A stretch of DNA of 59,428 nt from a virus (IMGVR_UViG_2866649352_000001:1-59428), one strand, 5' to 3'; shown: positions 48,356-57,777, counted from the first letter of the stretch. Notes: generated from the sequence alone by a model not told the origin. Numbers and translations: made by a program.

Positions 48356-50457
48356 TAGAGCCGAACTTTGGACCTAACGGCAAGGACATCTACGAGCGCA
48401 CCTATAGCAGGACCAAGCCTGACGGCACCAAGGAGACCTGGTTTGAGACCGTTAAGCGGGTAGCGGTCGGAAACGCTTCGCTCGTCCACGGCTCCGTCGA
48501 GGACGACGAGATTCCGCAGCTTCGGGAGCTGATGCACAGCTTCGCGATTCTTCCTGCTGGTCGTCACCTGTGGGCTTCCGGCGTCCAGGGCCGACAGTTC
48601 CTCTTCAACTGCTGGCACTCGGGTTGGGCTGACACGGTCTCCTCGCACTTCTACTTCACCTTCATGCGCCTCATGGAAGGTGGGGGAGTCGGGGCTACCT
48701 ACTCGACGGAGAAGACCCGGACGTACGGGCCTGTGAAGCAGGCCGTTGAAGTCCACGTGGTGTGCGACAAGGAGCACCAGGACTACGAGGCCATGCGGGA
48801 CGCGGGGCTTCTTTCATCCGTCTACTCGTCGGACTATCAGGGTGCCTACTTCGAGGTGGAAGACTCCCGAGAGGGATGGGCTGAAGCCCTCGTAGACCTC
48901 CTAGAGGCCGCGTGGAACGACAACACCTCTCCGGTGCGGGTCTACGACGTCTCTCGGGTGAGGCCGGCTGGGGCCAGGCTGAAGACCTTTGGTGGCCATG
49001 CGAGCGGTCCCATGCCGCTCGCCACGATGCTGAGGGACGTTGGGGATGTCCTGGAGGATCTGTTCCTCGGCAACAGCATTACCGTCGAGGGAAATTCGGC
49101 TTTTATCGGCCTATCTCTCGATCCGATCTCCGCAATGGAGATCGACCACGCCATCGCTCAATGTGTGGTCGCTGGGGGCAATCGGCGCTCCGCGCGGATG
49201 TCCATCATGCCGTGGGATGACCCGTACATCTTTGACTTCATCAAGCTGAAGGAGGATACCGATTCCCACTGGTCCACCAACATCAGTGTTCAGGTCGATG
49301 AAGAGTTCTTCTACCACCTGAATCAGGAACCTGAGGATGAGCCGTGGTCCGGGTACGTTGCGGATCAGGTTCATTGGCAGGAGCGTGCCAAGAGCGTCCT
49401 AAAGGCCGTAGCTGAAGGAATGCTGAGGAACGGCGAGCCGGGCATCTGGAACAAGTCCTACAGCAACGTGGGCGAAGTCCACGAGGTCTCCAGCACGAAC
49501 CCCTGTGGTGAGATCCCACTTCCTGAGTGGGGAGCCTGCGTCCTCGGGCATGTGAATCTGGAAGCCTTCGCTCCGAAGGAGCCTGGGCAGGCGTTTGCCC
49601 TTGGCGAAGCGGTTCAGGCCGCGAAGCTGATGACTCGATTCCTGATCCGGGCCACCTTCGGAGACATCCTCGATGAGCGAGCCCGCGAGGTCATGGATCG
49701 GGACCGACGTATTGGAGTCGGTCTTTTCGGTTTCCAGGCTGCTTTCGCCAAGATGGGGATCAAGTACTCGGACATCCCGAGTAGCTGGGAAGCTCGGATA
49801 ATTCTCTTCGAGTTGAACAGGGCGGTTCGCCAGGAGGCGAGGGACTACGCCTTCCAACTCCGCATCCCGGAACCGATCAAGGTGACCACGGTGGCCCCTA
49901 CGGGGACCATTGCGAAGCTTCCGGGGACGAGTGAGGGCATTCACCCGATCTTCTCTCGGCACTTCATCCGAAGGATCCGTTTCTCAACCCTGGACCCTAG
50001 CCAGATTGAGCGAGTTCAGGAGTTCATCGATCAGGGTTACCACGTCGAGGACTGCCTCTACGCGGACAACACCGTTGTTGTCGAAATCCCCACAAGGGAT
50101 CGCCTGGTCGATGAAGTCGTTGCCCTTGGCTACGACCCGTCGATTGTCCAGTCCGCCGACGAGGTTTCCCTAGTAGACATGCTTCGGGTTCAGGGTCTCG
50201 TCCAGGACTGCTACGCCGATAATGCGGTGTCCTTCACCGTCAACCTGGATCCCAGCAAGTACACGGCGGAGCAGCTCATGGCGGCGCTGAAGCTCTATGG
50301 GCCTCACCTGAAGGGGACCACGGTCTTTCCCGACCAGTCCAGGCCGCAGGCACCGTATGAGCGGATCTCGGAAGCTGATTTCGCCCTCTACCAGATGACA
50401 CAAGTCGGTGAGGGTGTTGACGAAGAGTGCGCCTCTGGCGCGTGCTCGGTTCGATAA
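48352..50457 (+). CDS. nrdJ: Class II (adenosylcobalamin-dependent) ribonucleotide reductase
   Basis: 701 aa; active-site STNPCGEIPLPEWGACVLGHVNL; TTG start 5 nt after AAGGAGG. The track's 48046 start is an off-target N-terminal extension overlapping the sigma-like gene. Confidence 0.8.
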   Translation: MIEPNFGPNGKDIYERTYSRTKPDGTKETWFETVKRVAVGNASLVHGSVEDDEIPQLRELMHSFAILPAGRHLWASGVQGRQFLFNCWHSGWADTVSSHFYFTFMRLMEGGGVGATYSTEKTRTYGPVKQAVEVHVVCDKEHQDYEAMRDAGLLSSVYSSDYQGAYFEVEDSREGWAEALVDLLEAAWNDNTSPVRVYDVSRVRPAGARLKTFGGHASGPMPLATMLRDVGDVLEDLFLGNSITVEGNSAFIGLSLDPISAMEIDHAIAQCVVAGGNRRSARMSIMPWDDPYIFDFIKLKEDTDSHWSTNISVQVDEEFFYHLNQEPEDEPWSGYVADQVHWQERAKSVLKAVAEGMLRNGEPGIWNKSYSNVGEVHEVSSTNPCGEIPLPEWGACVLGHVNLEAFAPKEPGQAFALGEAVQAAKLMTRFLIRATFGDILDERAREVMDRDRRIGVGLFGFQAAFAKMGIKYSDIPSSWEARIILFELNRAVRQEARDYAFQLRIPEPIKVTTVAPTGTIAKLPGTSEGIHPIFSRHFIRRIRFSTLDPSQIERVQEFIDQGYHVEDCLYADNTVVVEIPTRDRLVDEVVALGYDPSIVQSADEVSLVDMLRVQGLVQDCYADNAVSFTVNLDPSKYTAEQLMAALKLYGPHLKGTTVFPDQSRPQAPYERISEADFALYQMTQVGEGVDEECASGACSVR

Positions 50458-50465
50458 GGAGAGAG

Positions 50466-50789
50466 ATGCCTAGCTACGACAAGAACATCTACTACAAGCC
50501 GGAGGCTTCCGGTCTAGAGATCGTTGTTGACATCGACATCGCGGGCTCGTGGTCGTTCGACATGTTCGTTGTCTGGCGCGAGACGGCAACTGGCCGTCTC
50601 GGTTACCTGACGGACTCCGGCTGCTCGTGTCCGAGTCCCTTTGAGGACTACACAGCGGAGGACATCAAGTGGGGTGAGCGTTGGGAAATTGCAGAGGCTT
50701 TCACGAAGTGGGTCAATGAGAACCGGGCCTATCACTCCATCAACGATAACGCGATTGTTTCCGTGATCGACAAGGTTGTGAACGCCTGA
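50466..50789 (+). CDS. Hypothetical protein (107 aa)
   Basis: ATG after AAGGAGAGAG. Confidence 0.55.
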   Translation: MPSYDKNIYYKPEASGLEIVVDIDIAGSWSFDMFVVWRETATGRLGYLTDSGCSCPSPFEDYTAEDIKWGERWEIAEAFTKWVNENRAYHSINDNAIVSVIDKVVNA

Positions 50790-50914
50790 TGAAAGTCTCC
50801 AACGGCAAGCGCCATTCCGGCGAAGTCATCATCGGCTGCGTCTTCATGGGCCTCGTTGCCCTGACCCTAATCAACACCCTAGCCATCATTCTCATTGCGA
50901 TTCTCGCACTCTAA
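50789..50914 (+). CDS. Small membrane protein (41 aa; below cutoff)
   Basis: Hand-translated: MKVSNGKRHSGEVIIGCVFMGLVALTLINTLAIILIAILAL. Confidence 0.4.
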   Translation: MKVSNGKRHSGEVIIGCVFMGLVALTLINTLAIILIAILAL

Positions 50915-50923
50915 GGAGACACA

Positions 50924-51388
50924 TTGACTGACAACCCGTTTGAGACCGACAAGCCGGCCGACCCGTGGTCTGACGGCCCCGCCGAGCAGCCCGCCGAAGA
51001 GACCACCCCCGTTGAGGTCTCCGCGACCGTCAAGGCGGGTTCGGGTTATGACGCCCCCTGGCTGGTCGCCCGAGGGCCGAGCGCCAAGGCGATCGTTGCC
51101 GAGATGCGAACCTGGTTCGGTGAGGGCGGCCTGATCCACGCCACGGCCGAGACGGCGAAGGCGTTCAAGAAGGTCACTGGTAACGACAGGCCCGCCGCGA
51201 GTGGCGGGGCTGCTCCATCGCAGCGCTCGCCACAGTCCTCGCTTCCGCCTGGTGTCGAGCCTAAGTCGTGCCAGCACGGCGAGATGGTCTTCCGCAGTGG
51301 AACCAATGCCAAGGGCACGTGGAAGGGCTTCTTCTGTCCGACGCCCAAGGGCACCGAGGGCCAGTGCAAGCCGACCTTCATCAAGTGA
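50924..51388 (+). CDS. Hypothetical protein (154 aa) with C-terminal Cys motif
   Basis: TTG after TAAGGAGA; C.HG...FFCP...GQC. Confidence 0.5.
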   Translation: MTDNPFETDKPADPWSDGPAEQPAEETTPVEVSATVKAGSGYDAPWLVARGPSAKAIVAEMRTWFGEGGLIHATAETAKAFKKVTGNDRPAASGGAAPSQRSPQSSLPPGVEPKSCQHGEMVFRSGTNAKGTWKGFFCPTPKGTEGQCKPTFIK

Positions 51389-51407
51389 CCTGAGCCCAGT
51401 CCTTTTT

Positions 51408-51440
51408 TTGGCTAGTTATAGCACATTGTTAGCACATTGA
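51408..51440 (+). promoter_or_regulatory. Conserved promoter-like element, copy D
   Basis: T-run, TTGGCT, 16-nt spacer, TAGCACATTGT TAGCACATTGA; followed by the hairpin gagggcaccctcc-tccg-ggagggtgccctc and the polA RBS. Confidence 0.5.
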
Positions 51441-51486
51441 GGGCACCCTCCTCCGGGAGGGTGCCCTCCGTCTTGGAGGGAGGGGG

Positions 51487-53484
51487 ATGAAGGGAACTCT
51501 GGTCTTCGACATCGAGACTCACAGCCGGGAACTTCTTTATTCCATGCCGCCCGAAGAGTTCGTCCGGCTGATCGGTTACGCCTGGGGTGATGGCGAAGTC
51601 CACATCACTACGGATCTGGAAGAGATCCGGGAAGCCATCCTCCGAGCCCGATGGATAATCGGGCACAACATCCACGACTTCGACCTTCGAGCCGTCTTCG
51701 GGATCGATTCCAACATCCCCATGCAGCTCGCGGACGAAGGCCGTGTGTACGACACATGGACTCACGCTGCGCTGGTCAATCCAGCGCCCGAGGAGTTCAT
51801 CAACCGGCACGGGAAGAAGACCTTCGCCCGGAAGCCGGAAGAGATGCTCCGATGGTTCGGGCTCGACGAGCAGGCTTACCAGCTCGGAGTGAAGGGGAAG
51901 ACCCACGACCTGAAGGAGTTGGCCTATGAGTTCGGAGACCCCGCGCTTCCCAAGCGGCAGCGGATTGAGGATGGTTACGGAAAGATTCCGGTCACTGACG
52001 AGCGTTATCGAGCGTATCTCGTTGGCGATGTTGAAGCTTCTCGCGCAGTTGGAAAAGCCCTCCTCAAGAAGGGACCACTCGACGCCTACGCGCTCCGAGA
52101 ACAGCGAATAGAGAGCCGTAAGGCGGCGATCTCGTCCAACGGCTGGCGAGTGGACCAGGAAGCCGCTAAGGCCCGCTCGGACGCTCTGAAGGAGCGTCGG
52201 GACGAACTGATGGCGGAGTTGGTCGAGCAGTACGGCTTCCCCACGGAAGGCGATAAGCCGTGGATGTCGAGTGTTGGCAAGGACGCCATCATGGCCGTCC
52301 TGAAGGACCACGGGATCACGTCGAAGACGGTTCCGGACTGGCCCAAGACCGATGGCTACAAGAAGAAGGGTGAGGCAGAAGAGAAGGCCAGGGAGAAGGC
52401 TCGCGAAGCGGAGGAGCTTCGCAGGTTCCTTGAAGAGGAGGGCGAGACTCTCAAACCTCGGTCACTGAAGGCGAAGGAGCGCCAGCTCCGGGAGTTGGAG
52501 GAGAAGTCCGCGGTTCCCGAGTGGTTCGGTCTCAGTCTGTCGGGTGACACGCTCGTCAAGCTGACCGAGGGAACCGAGATTGAAGCTCTCGGCAAGGCCC
52601 TGGCTGAGCTGATGGGGCAGCGGTCCCTGTCCGACCTCGCTCTGGAGTCGGTGTACCCGGACGGCCGTGTTCACCCCGAGATCACCATGCTTCAGCTCTC
52701 GGGGCGGTGGAGCACCACTAAGCCCGGTCTGACGATCTGGACATCCAGGGGTGAGGGCGCCGTCGAGAAGAGCTACTTCGTTCCGGACCAAGAGGATCAC
52801 GTCCTCCTGGAGATTGACCTCTCCAACGCCGATGCCCGCGTGGTCGCGGCCTACAGCGGCGACCAGGAATACGCGGTCAGGTTCCAGCCCGGACAGGACG
52901 GCCACATGCTCAACGCCTGGGCCGCGTGGGGCAAGGAGAAGGTCGGCACCAACAAGAAGGATCCCGTCACTGCGGGATACCGGGACAAGGCCAAGCCCCT
53001 TGGCCATGGCTGGTCCTACGGCGGGCGAGCGAAGACGCTCAGTGCCCAGGCCGGCGTTCCTCTAGAGGACGCCAAGACCTTCGTCAACGGAATGGACGCC
53101 ACCTATTACCGGGTGGTGGCTTGGCAAAACAGGGTCCGCAAGTACGCCAACCAAAAGGGGTTCGTCCAGAACCTCTGGGGTCGCATCATGCGGATCGAGA
53201 AGGGCCGGGAGTTTACCCAGGCGCCTGCCCTTATGGGGCAGTCGGGTACGCGGGAAATCATGTGCGACGCGCTACTGGCGATGTCACACGCCGCTGTGAG
53301 GTCCATCAAGGCTCAGATCCACGACGCCTTTGTCTTCTCCGTTCCCCGCGAAGGATGGGAGCGGTATCGGGATTACCTGCTGAGCAAGATTCAGGCAGTC
53401 ATGGACCCGCCTAACGGTCAGAGGATCGTGTTCCCGGCGGAATGTGGTCCGCCCGGGAGGGACTGGCAGGAAGCCTGCCACTAG
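51487..53484 (+). CDS. polA: Family A DNA polymerase (PolA-like, with N-terminal 3'-5' exonuclease-like domain)
   Basis: N-terminal VFDIET (ExoI). Motif A is LEIDLSNADARVVA, motif B is RDKAKPLGHGWSYGG, motif C is QIHDAFVF. Confidence 0.9.
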   Translation: MKGTLVFDIETHSRELLYSMPPEEFVRLIGYAWGDGEVHITTDLEEIREAILRARWIIGHNIHDFDLRAVFGIDSNIPMQLADEGRVYDTWTHAALVNPAPEEFINRHGKKTFARKPEEMLRWFGLDEQAYQLGVKGKTHDLKELAYEFGDPALPKRQRIEDGYGKIPVTDERYRAYLVGDVEASRAVGKALLKKGPLDAYALREQRIESRKAAISSNGWRVDQEAAKARSDALKERRDELMAELVEQYGFPTEGDKPWMSSVGKDAIMAVLKDHGITSKTVPDWPKTDGYKKKGEAEEKAREKAREAEELRRFLEEEGETLKPRSLKAKERQLRELEEKSAVPEWFGLSLSGDTLVKLTEGTEIEALGKALAELMGQRSLSDLALESVYPDGRVHPEITMLQLSGRWSTTKPGLTIWTSRGEGAVEKSYFVPDQEDHVLLEIDLSNADARVVAAYSGDQEYAVRFQPGQDGHMLNAWAAWGKEKVGTNKKDPVTAGYRDKAKPLGHGWSYGGRAKTLSAQAGVPLEDAKTFVNGMDATYYRVVAWQNRVRKYANQKGFVQNLWGRIMRIEKGREFTQAPALMGQSGTREIMCDALLAMSHAAVRSIKAQIHDAFVFSVPREGWERYRDYLLSKIQAVMDPPNGQRIVFPAECGPPGRDWQEACH

Positions 53485-53490
53485 GGAGTT

Positions 53491-53586
53491 ATGGTCAAAA
53501 GGATAAGTCTTGTCGTTGCCTTCGCTGTGATACTCAACCTCTTGGGTTACTGGATCGGATATTTCCTCGGCGAAGCGCTGTTCTAA
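53491..53586 (+). CDS. Small membrane protein (31 aa; below cutoff)
   Basis: Hand-translated: MVKRISLVVAFAVILNLLGYWIGYFLGEALF. Confidence 0.3.
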   Translation: MVKRISLVVAFAVILNLLGYWIGYFLGEALF

Positions 53587-53604
53587 AGAGAGAGGTACGA
53601 GCAA

Positions 53605-53793
53605 GTGAACGAAGAGATTCAGATTATCCAGCCCATTCTGGGGCTCAAGCCCTTCATCCTGCTTGAATTCTCGGCGGAAGAGGGTTCGGAGGACATCGCC
53701 ATCGGTGTGCAGTTCGGCGGCGGGATCGTCGGCGAAGAGGTTCCCCAGATCCTGGACATGGTTCGAGAGAGCATCGAGGAGCAGTTCGCGTGA
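53605..53793 (+). CDS. Hypothetical acidic protein (62 aa)
   Basis: ORF track; GTG start. Confidence 0.45.
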   Translation: MNEEIQIIQPILGLKPFILLEFSAEEGSEDIAIGVQFGGGIVGEEVPQILDMVRESIEEQFA

Positions 53794-53981
53794 AGCTCGA
53801 AGTCGTTCCACTGCCAGAGCAGCGGATTGGGGACGCCGCAGGGTCCCCGTACCTTTTGGTGATCAGTGAGGTTGGCGACTACCTCCTGAATCTGGATGAG
53901 GCCGAGGTGGAGAAGCTAAAGGAGGACATCGGCGCTGCCGGTGTCCTCTTCTTTGAAGACCCGGTGGAGGTCGTGAAGTGA
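53790..53981 (+). CDS. Hypothetical protein (63 aa)
   Basis: GTGA coupling. Confidence 0.45.
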   Translation: MKLEVVPLPEQRIGDAAGSPYLLVISEVGDYLLNLDEAEVEKLKEDIGAAGVLFFEDPVEVVK

Positions 53982-54251
53982 ATGCCGAAGCGTAAGTACT
54001 TCGTAAAGAACCGAGACTTCTACAACCAGGAGCACCGACAAGGGCATGGCAAGGCCATTGCCCGTGACGTAGAACGTCAGGCCGCCGAGAAGGCGGACCT
54101 TCTTAACCGGATGAAGGCTCGGAACTCTCCAGAGCCTCCACAGGGAAACTGGATTGTCGGCCTTCTGGCCAACCTCGCGGGTATCACACTCGCTGTTGTC
54201 TTTTGGATGATCCTTGTGAGACTGATTGGAGCCTTTTGTGGCTGTTCTTGA
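53982..54251 (+). CDS. Membrane-anchored protein (89 aa)
   Basis: C-terminal TM segment WIVGLLANLAGITLAVVFWMILVRLIGAF. Confidence 0.5.
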   Translation: MPKRKYFVKNRDFYNQEHRQGHGKAIARDVERQAAEKADLLNRMKARNSPEPPQGNWIVGLLANLAGITLAVVFWMILVRLIGAFCGCS

Positions 54252-54936
54252 GTTTAAGGCTTGGCCGAAAACACCTCGGCTGATGAAGCCGATGGTGGTG
54301 ACTGAGAAGATTGACGGCACCAACGGGTGTGTCGTGATCAGCCGCCAGCAGGGGTGGGCGTCCCCCAGCCACAACTTCGTGACGGTTCCCATCGAGAACA
54401 CCGCCGATGCCTATCTGGTTGGTGCTCAGTCGCGGAAGCGAATGCTTCCCATGGGACCGCGAGGGATGGACGACCTCTCTTGGCAGAAGGAGGACAACTC
54501 CGGGTTTGCCAGGTGGGTTCGTGAGAACGCCACGGAGCTGGCGGAGACCCTCGGTGAGGGCTACCACTACGGAGAGTGGTACGGCCAGAAGATCCAGCGA
54601 GGCTATGGCCTCTCTGGTCGCCGGTTCGCTCTGTTCAACGTGAGCCGCTACGCGGATGTCGTGAACGACCCGACAAAGGATCCGATCCCTGGCCTGGAGA
54701 CGGTTCCCGTCCTCTACGAGGGTGAGTTCGACACTCGGATGGTCAAGTACGTCTACGACGACCTCATGACGAACGGCTCTCGGGCCGTGCCTGGCTACAT
54801 GAACCCCGAGGGCGTGATCGTGTTCCACACGGCTTCTCAGCAGGTCTACAAGTACCTCGGTCCGGACGACCGGCCTAAGTCGGTGCTTCAGCTCCAGGCC
54901 CTGCCTGACGGCTCGGCTTTGGCGGAGGCGGCATGA
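54226..54936 (+). CDS. RNA ligase-family nucleotidyltransferase
   Basis: Motif I is TEKIDGTNG (KxDG), motif IV-like is EGVIVFH, then ...VYKYL. The start may be GTG 54238. Confidence 0.6.
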   Translation: MEPFVAVLEFKAWPKTPRLMKPMVVTEKIDGTNGCVVISRQQGWASPSHNFVTVPIENTADAYLVGAQSRKRMLPMGPRGMDDLSWQKEDNSGFARWVRENATELAETLGEGYHYGEWYGQKIQRGYGLSGRRFALFNVSRYADVVNDPTKDPIPGLETVPVLYEGEFDTRMVKYVYDDLMTNGSRAVPGYMNPEGVIVFHTASQQVYKYLGPDDRPKSVLQLQALPDGSALAEAA

Positions 54937-55142
54937 GGAAGCCACTGTTCGAGACCCGCGACGAAGTTGCGAGCAAGGTTGATTGGGAAGGTGGCTTCGA
55001 TGGCGCTCTTTCCTGGGGGATCAAGGTCGAAGACCTTCCCGAGGATGACACCGAGCTGAGGGAGGCTTGGGCGGAGCTGCGCGCCGCCTTCCTTGTGTTC
55101 GACGCAGCCTGTTACAAGGTATCCGCACTTCTCGACTACTGA
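54933..55142 (+). CDS. Hypothetical acidic protein (69 aa)
   Basis: ATGA coupling. Confidence 0.5.
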   Translation: MRKPLFETRDEVASKVDWEGGFDGALSWGIKVEDLPEDDTELREAWAELRAAFLVFDAACYKVSALLDY

Positions 55143-55155
55143 CCAACGCTAATCG

Positions 55156-55186
55156 GGACCGCCCCTCTTCGGGGGCGGTCCTTTTT
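55156..55186 (+). terminator. Intrinsic terminator
   Basis: ggaccgcccc-tcttcg-ggggcggtcc followed by TTTTT. Confidence 0.8.
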
Positions 55187-55197
55187 ATTGGAGTGAA

Positions 55198-55464
55198 ATG
55201 CCTAGATACAGGGTCAACCTGCTTCGCACAACTTTCCTCACGGCCTATGTCGAAGCAGAGGACGAAGACCAGGCCATCGACGAGGCACTCGCCGAGGCGC
55301 CCGGATTCTCTGCAATCGAGAGCGGCTGGGGCTCCTTCGGGAAGTGGTCGGCGGACGCCGACGAATGGCTACTACCCAGCCAGTTCTATGAGAACTACAG
55401 GGAGGACGAGCACGGGCCGGACGTCGAGCCCGGACAGGAAGGAGACGGCGATGACCGTTGGTGA
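55198..55464 (+). CDS. Hypothetical acidic protein (88 aa)
   Basis: ORF track. Confidence 0.5.
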   Translation: MPRYRVNLLRTTFLTAYVEAEDEDQAIDEALAEAPGFSAIESGWGSFGKWSADADEWLLPSQFYENYREDEHGPDVEPGQEGDGDDRW

Positions 55465-55735
55465 GCCTCCGGCCGTAATCATCGGCCGAACCTTGGTCGA
55501 AGCTCGCTTCTGGCGAGCGCACTACGAGGCCGCATATCCGGAGCTAGCTACAGCGAAGGAACTTTCTTCTTTCCAGGACACCCGAGCACTCGCCGGCCTC
55601 CGGGTCGGCCGGATCTTTGTCGCTCCGGATGCGGATAAGGCCCCGAAGTTCTACGAGGTCCTGACGGTCGTCCGGCACATGCAGGCCAAGACGAATGTCT
55701 TCGAGGAACCGATCTTTCTAGGGAGCAGGCTCTAA
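55451..55735 (+). CDS. Hypothetical protein (94 aa)
   Basis: C-terminal part of ORF 55067..55735, from the ATG at 55451. Confidence 0.45.
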   Translation: MTVGEPPAVIIGRTLVEARFWRAHYEAAYPELATAKELSSFQDTRALAGLRVGRIFVAPDADKAPKFYEVLTVVRHMQAKTNVFEEPIFLGSRL

Positions 55736-55986
55736 TGGCTCGATACATCTCGGACGGAGAGAGCGCGGCCTACCGCGCTGTTGTGGTCAGTACCTACACC
55801 TACGAGGACCGTACGAAGGCTGTCTACACGACCTATTACGGCCCGTACGCGACTGCTGCGCCTGCCAAGGCGATGGTGAATCGCCAGAAGAAGCAGGACG
55901 GGAACGCCGTCCATTGGCCCCAGAGGGGTTTCAAGTCGGTGACGGGCCACGTCGAGAAGGCGTCCGATTGGGAGGTCGTTAAGTGA
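55735..55986 (+). CDS. Hypothetical protein (83 aa)
   Basis: TAATG coupling. Confidence 0.5.
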   Translation: MARYISDGESAAYRAVVVSTYTYEDRTKAVYTTYYGPYATAAPAKAMVNRQKKQDGNAVHWPQRGFKSVTGHVEKASDWEVVK

Positions 55987-56357
55987 AGCTCACTGACTGG
56001 CGCGGAAACGAGTATGGGGTGGGAGACCTAGTTCTCTACCCCCGAATGTCCGGACGTTCTTGTGAGGTCCGAGAGGCCAGGGTCCTAGACATCTGGCAAG
56101 TCCACTACGACGACTACAAGTGGAAGCGATGGACCGGTGAAGGTCCGGAGCCGATGAAAACCGTTTTCGACGGTTGGGACGACGACGGAAACCGCGTGGA
56201 TAAAGAGGTCTCTGCTCTGGAGACCCGAATCAAGCTTCGGCCTACGGGCCGATCGTCTCGTGGCTTTATGGACTATTCCTGGAGGAAGGACAACGGGATT
56301 GATGTCAAGGACGTCACTCTGACGATTATCGAGAACATCACGGCTTTGGGGGGCTGA
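55983..56357 (+). CDS. Hypothetical protein (124 aa)
   Basis: GTGA coupling. Confidence 0.5.
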   Translation: MKLTDWRGNEYGVGDLVLYPRMSGRSCEVREARVLDIWQVHYDDYKWKRWTGEGPEPMKTVFDGWDDDGNRVDKEVSALETRIKLRPTGRSSRGFMDYSWRKDNGIDVKDVTLTIIENITALGG

Positions 56358-56647
56358 TGAAGCCTGTAGGTCTGTCCGGCCTGCTGTTGGCCGGCCTCCT
56401 CCTCGCGGCCTGTTCTAGCGGACCAGATGAAGGAGTTGTGACCGACCATCGCCACTCGCCGGAGACGACTGTCTTCGTCAACACGTGCGTCGGTAATCCG
56501 GCAATCTGCACGATGACCCCGATTACCACGGCTGCCTCTTGGGAGCTGCATCTGAAGTGGGGTGAAGACCGGGGCTGGACGTCGGTTAACCCGGCTGCCT
56601 ACTACAAGTGCAAGAACAACATGCGTTATCCGGAGTGTGCCCAATGA
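56357..56647 (+). CDS. Lipoprotein (96 aa)
   Basis: MKPVGLSGLLLAGLLLAAC is a signal peptide plus lipobox. Confidence 0.6.
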   Translation: MKPVGLSGLLLAGLLLAACSSGPDEGVVTDHRHSPETTVFVNTCVGNPAICTMTPITTAASWELHLKWGEDRGWTSVNPAAYYKCKNNMRYPECAQ

Positions 56648-57045
56648 AACTCATCGTCACAGGCTCTCGGTACTGGAAAGACGAAGTCTTCATCTGGAAG
56701 GCGCTCGACGTCTTCATTGGCCACTACGTGGGCCCCGTGACCCTCGTCCACGGGGATTGTCCTCCACGTGAGGACGGCACCAAAGGTGCCGATCGAATCG
56801 CTGACGAGTGGGGTCTCTTCCATCTCGGAGACGACTGGATAGAGCGTCATCCGGCCGAATGGAGCAAGTACGGAAAGCCAGCGGGGATGATCCGTAACAA
56901 GGAAATGGTGAATGCCCATTTGGACGCTGACTACGTCCTTGGCTTTCCTCTCGGCGAGAGCCGGGGAACTCGCGGCTGCATGAAGTACGCCCGTGAGATG
57001 GGGCTAACCGTTGTGAACCTAGGAGAGAAGCAATGGCAAGCGTGA
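56644..57045 (+). CDS. DUF2493 / SLOG-superfamily protein
   Basis: MKLIVTGSRYW...VTLVHGDCP...GADRIADEWG...HPAEWSKYGK.AG..RN..M fits the DUF2493 pattern from memory. Confidence 0.55.
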   Translation: MKLIVTGSRYWKDEVFIWKALDVFIGHYVGPVTLVHGDCPPREDGTKGADRIADEWGLFHLGDDWIERHPAEWSKYGKPAGMIRNKEMVNAHLDADYVLGFPLGESRGTRGCMKYAREMGLTVVNLGEKQWQA

Positions 57046-57428
57046 AGTTTGACAGGCTGGAGATCTTCGTGCCGGACGGCGACGATGATGTTGCGTTCGA
57101 CCTCGACCCGTGGGGCGGCGTCGCCTCCGTGTATGTGAAGCGAGACGAGCTTGTGAAGGCCCTTCAGGACCTCGGCATTGTCCCCGCCAACACCGAGGAG
57201 AACTACGGCTTCTACGGAGCCGTTCTGAAGTACGTCCGGGAGAACTGGGATTCGGACGCGGTAAAGATTCTCGATGTCCGGCAGGAGACCCGAGAGACGG
57301 GTTATTGCGAGACCTGCTACGAGAAGTACGACGTCGTTTACGTCGACTACGAGGACAAGTACGGCGACAGGGAGTCCGACTGGTATTACGGCGACATGGA
57401 AGAGTTCATGCGGAGGCTGACGGACTGA
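57033..57428 (+). CDS. Hypothetical acidic protein (131 aa)
   Basis: ORF track. Confidence 0.55.
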   Translation: MASVKFDRLEIFVPDGDDDVAFDLDPWGGVASVYVKRDELVKALQDLGIVPANTEENYGFYGAVLKYVRENWDSDAVKILDVRQETRETGYCETCYEKYDVVYVDYEDKYGDRESDWYYGDMEEFMRRLTD

Positions 57429-57601
57429 TGACCGTTGAGGAAGCCGTTCAGGCGCTCTTTGAGATTGACAACGGCACAGGCGAGGCCGACCCCGAGTTGG
57501 CCCATGGCGAGGCCGATTACGTCCTGTATCAGTTCGCGCCTGCTGAGGTTCAAAAGGCTTACGACGACCTTTGTGACCGAGTTACTTTCTGGTACGCGTA
57601 G
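57428..57601 (+). CDS. Hypothetical protein (57 aa)
   Basis: TGATG coupling. Confidence 0.4.
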   Translation: MTVEEAVQALFEIDNGTGEADPELAHGEADYVLYQFAPAEVQKAYDDLCDRVTFWYA

Positions 57602-57609
57602 GAGGCTTT

Positions 57610-57777
57610 GTGAACGACCACGACGAAGCCCACCTCTACTCCGACAGTGATGACGAAGGCGTTGAGATCTGTGATGCCTGCGGGGACATTGTTGATGTGG
57701 GCGAACTGAAGTTCGACGAGGACTCGGACATGTACGTCTGTGATGAGTGTCTGGAGAATCCGCCCGATGACATGTGA
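57610..57777 (+). CDS. Small acidic zinc-ribbon protein (55 aa; below cutoff)
   Basis: Hand-translated: VNDHDEAHLYSDSDDEGVEICDACGDIVDVGELKFDEDSDMYVCDECLENPPDDM; TAGGAGG RBS. Confidence 0.4.
   Translation: MNDHDEAHLYSDSDDEGVEICDACGDIVDVGELKFDEDSDMYVCDECLENPPDDM

Noticed and set aside
55067-55450. Long N-terminal part of ORF 55067..55735 (222 aa).
   Set aside because: It overlaps better-supported ORFs (54933..55142, 55198..55464) and a clear terminator at 55156-55186, and has Ser/Arg/Pro-rich composition. Only the portion from ATG 55451 was kept.
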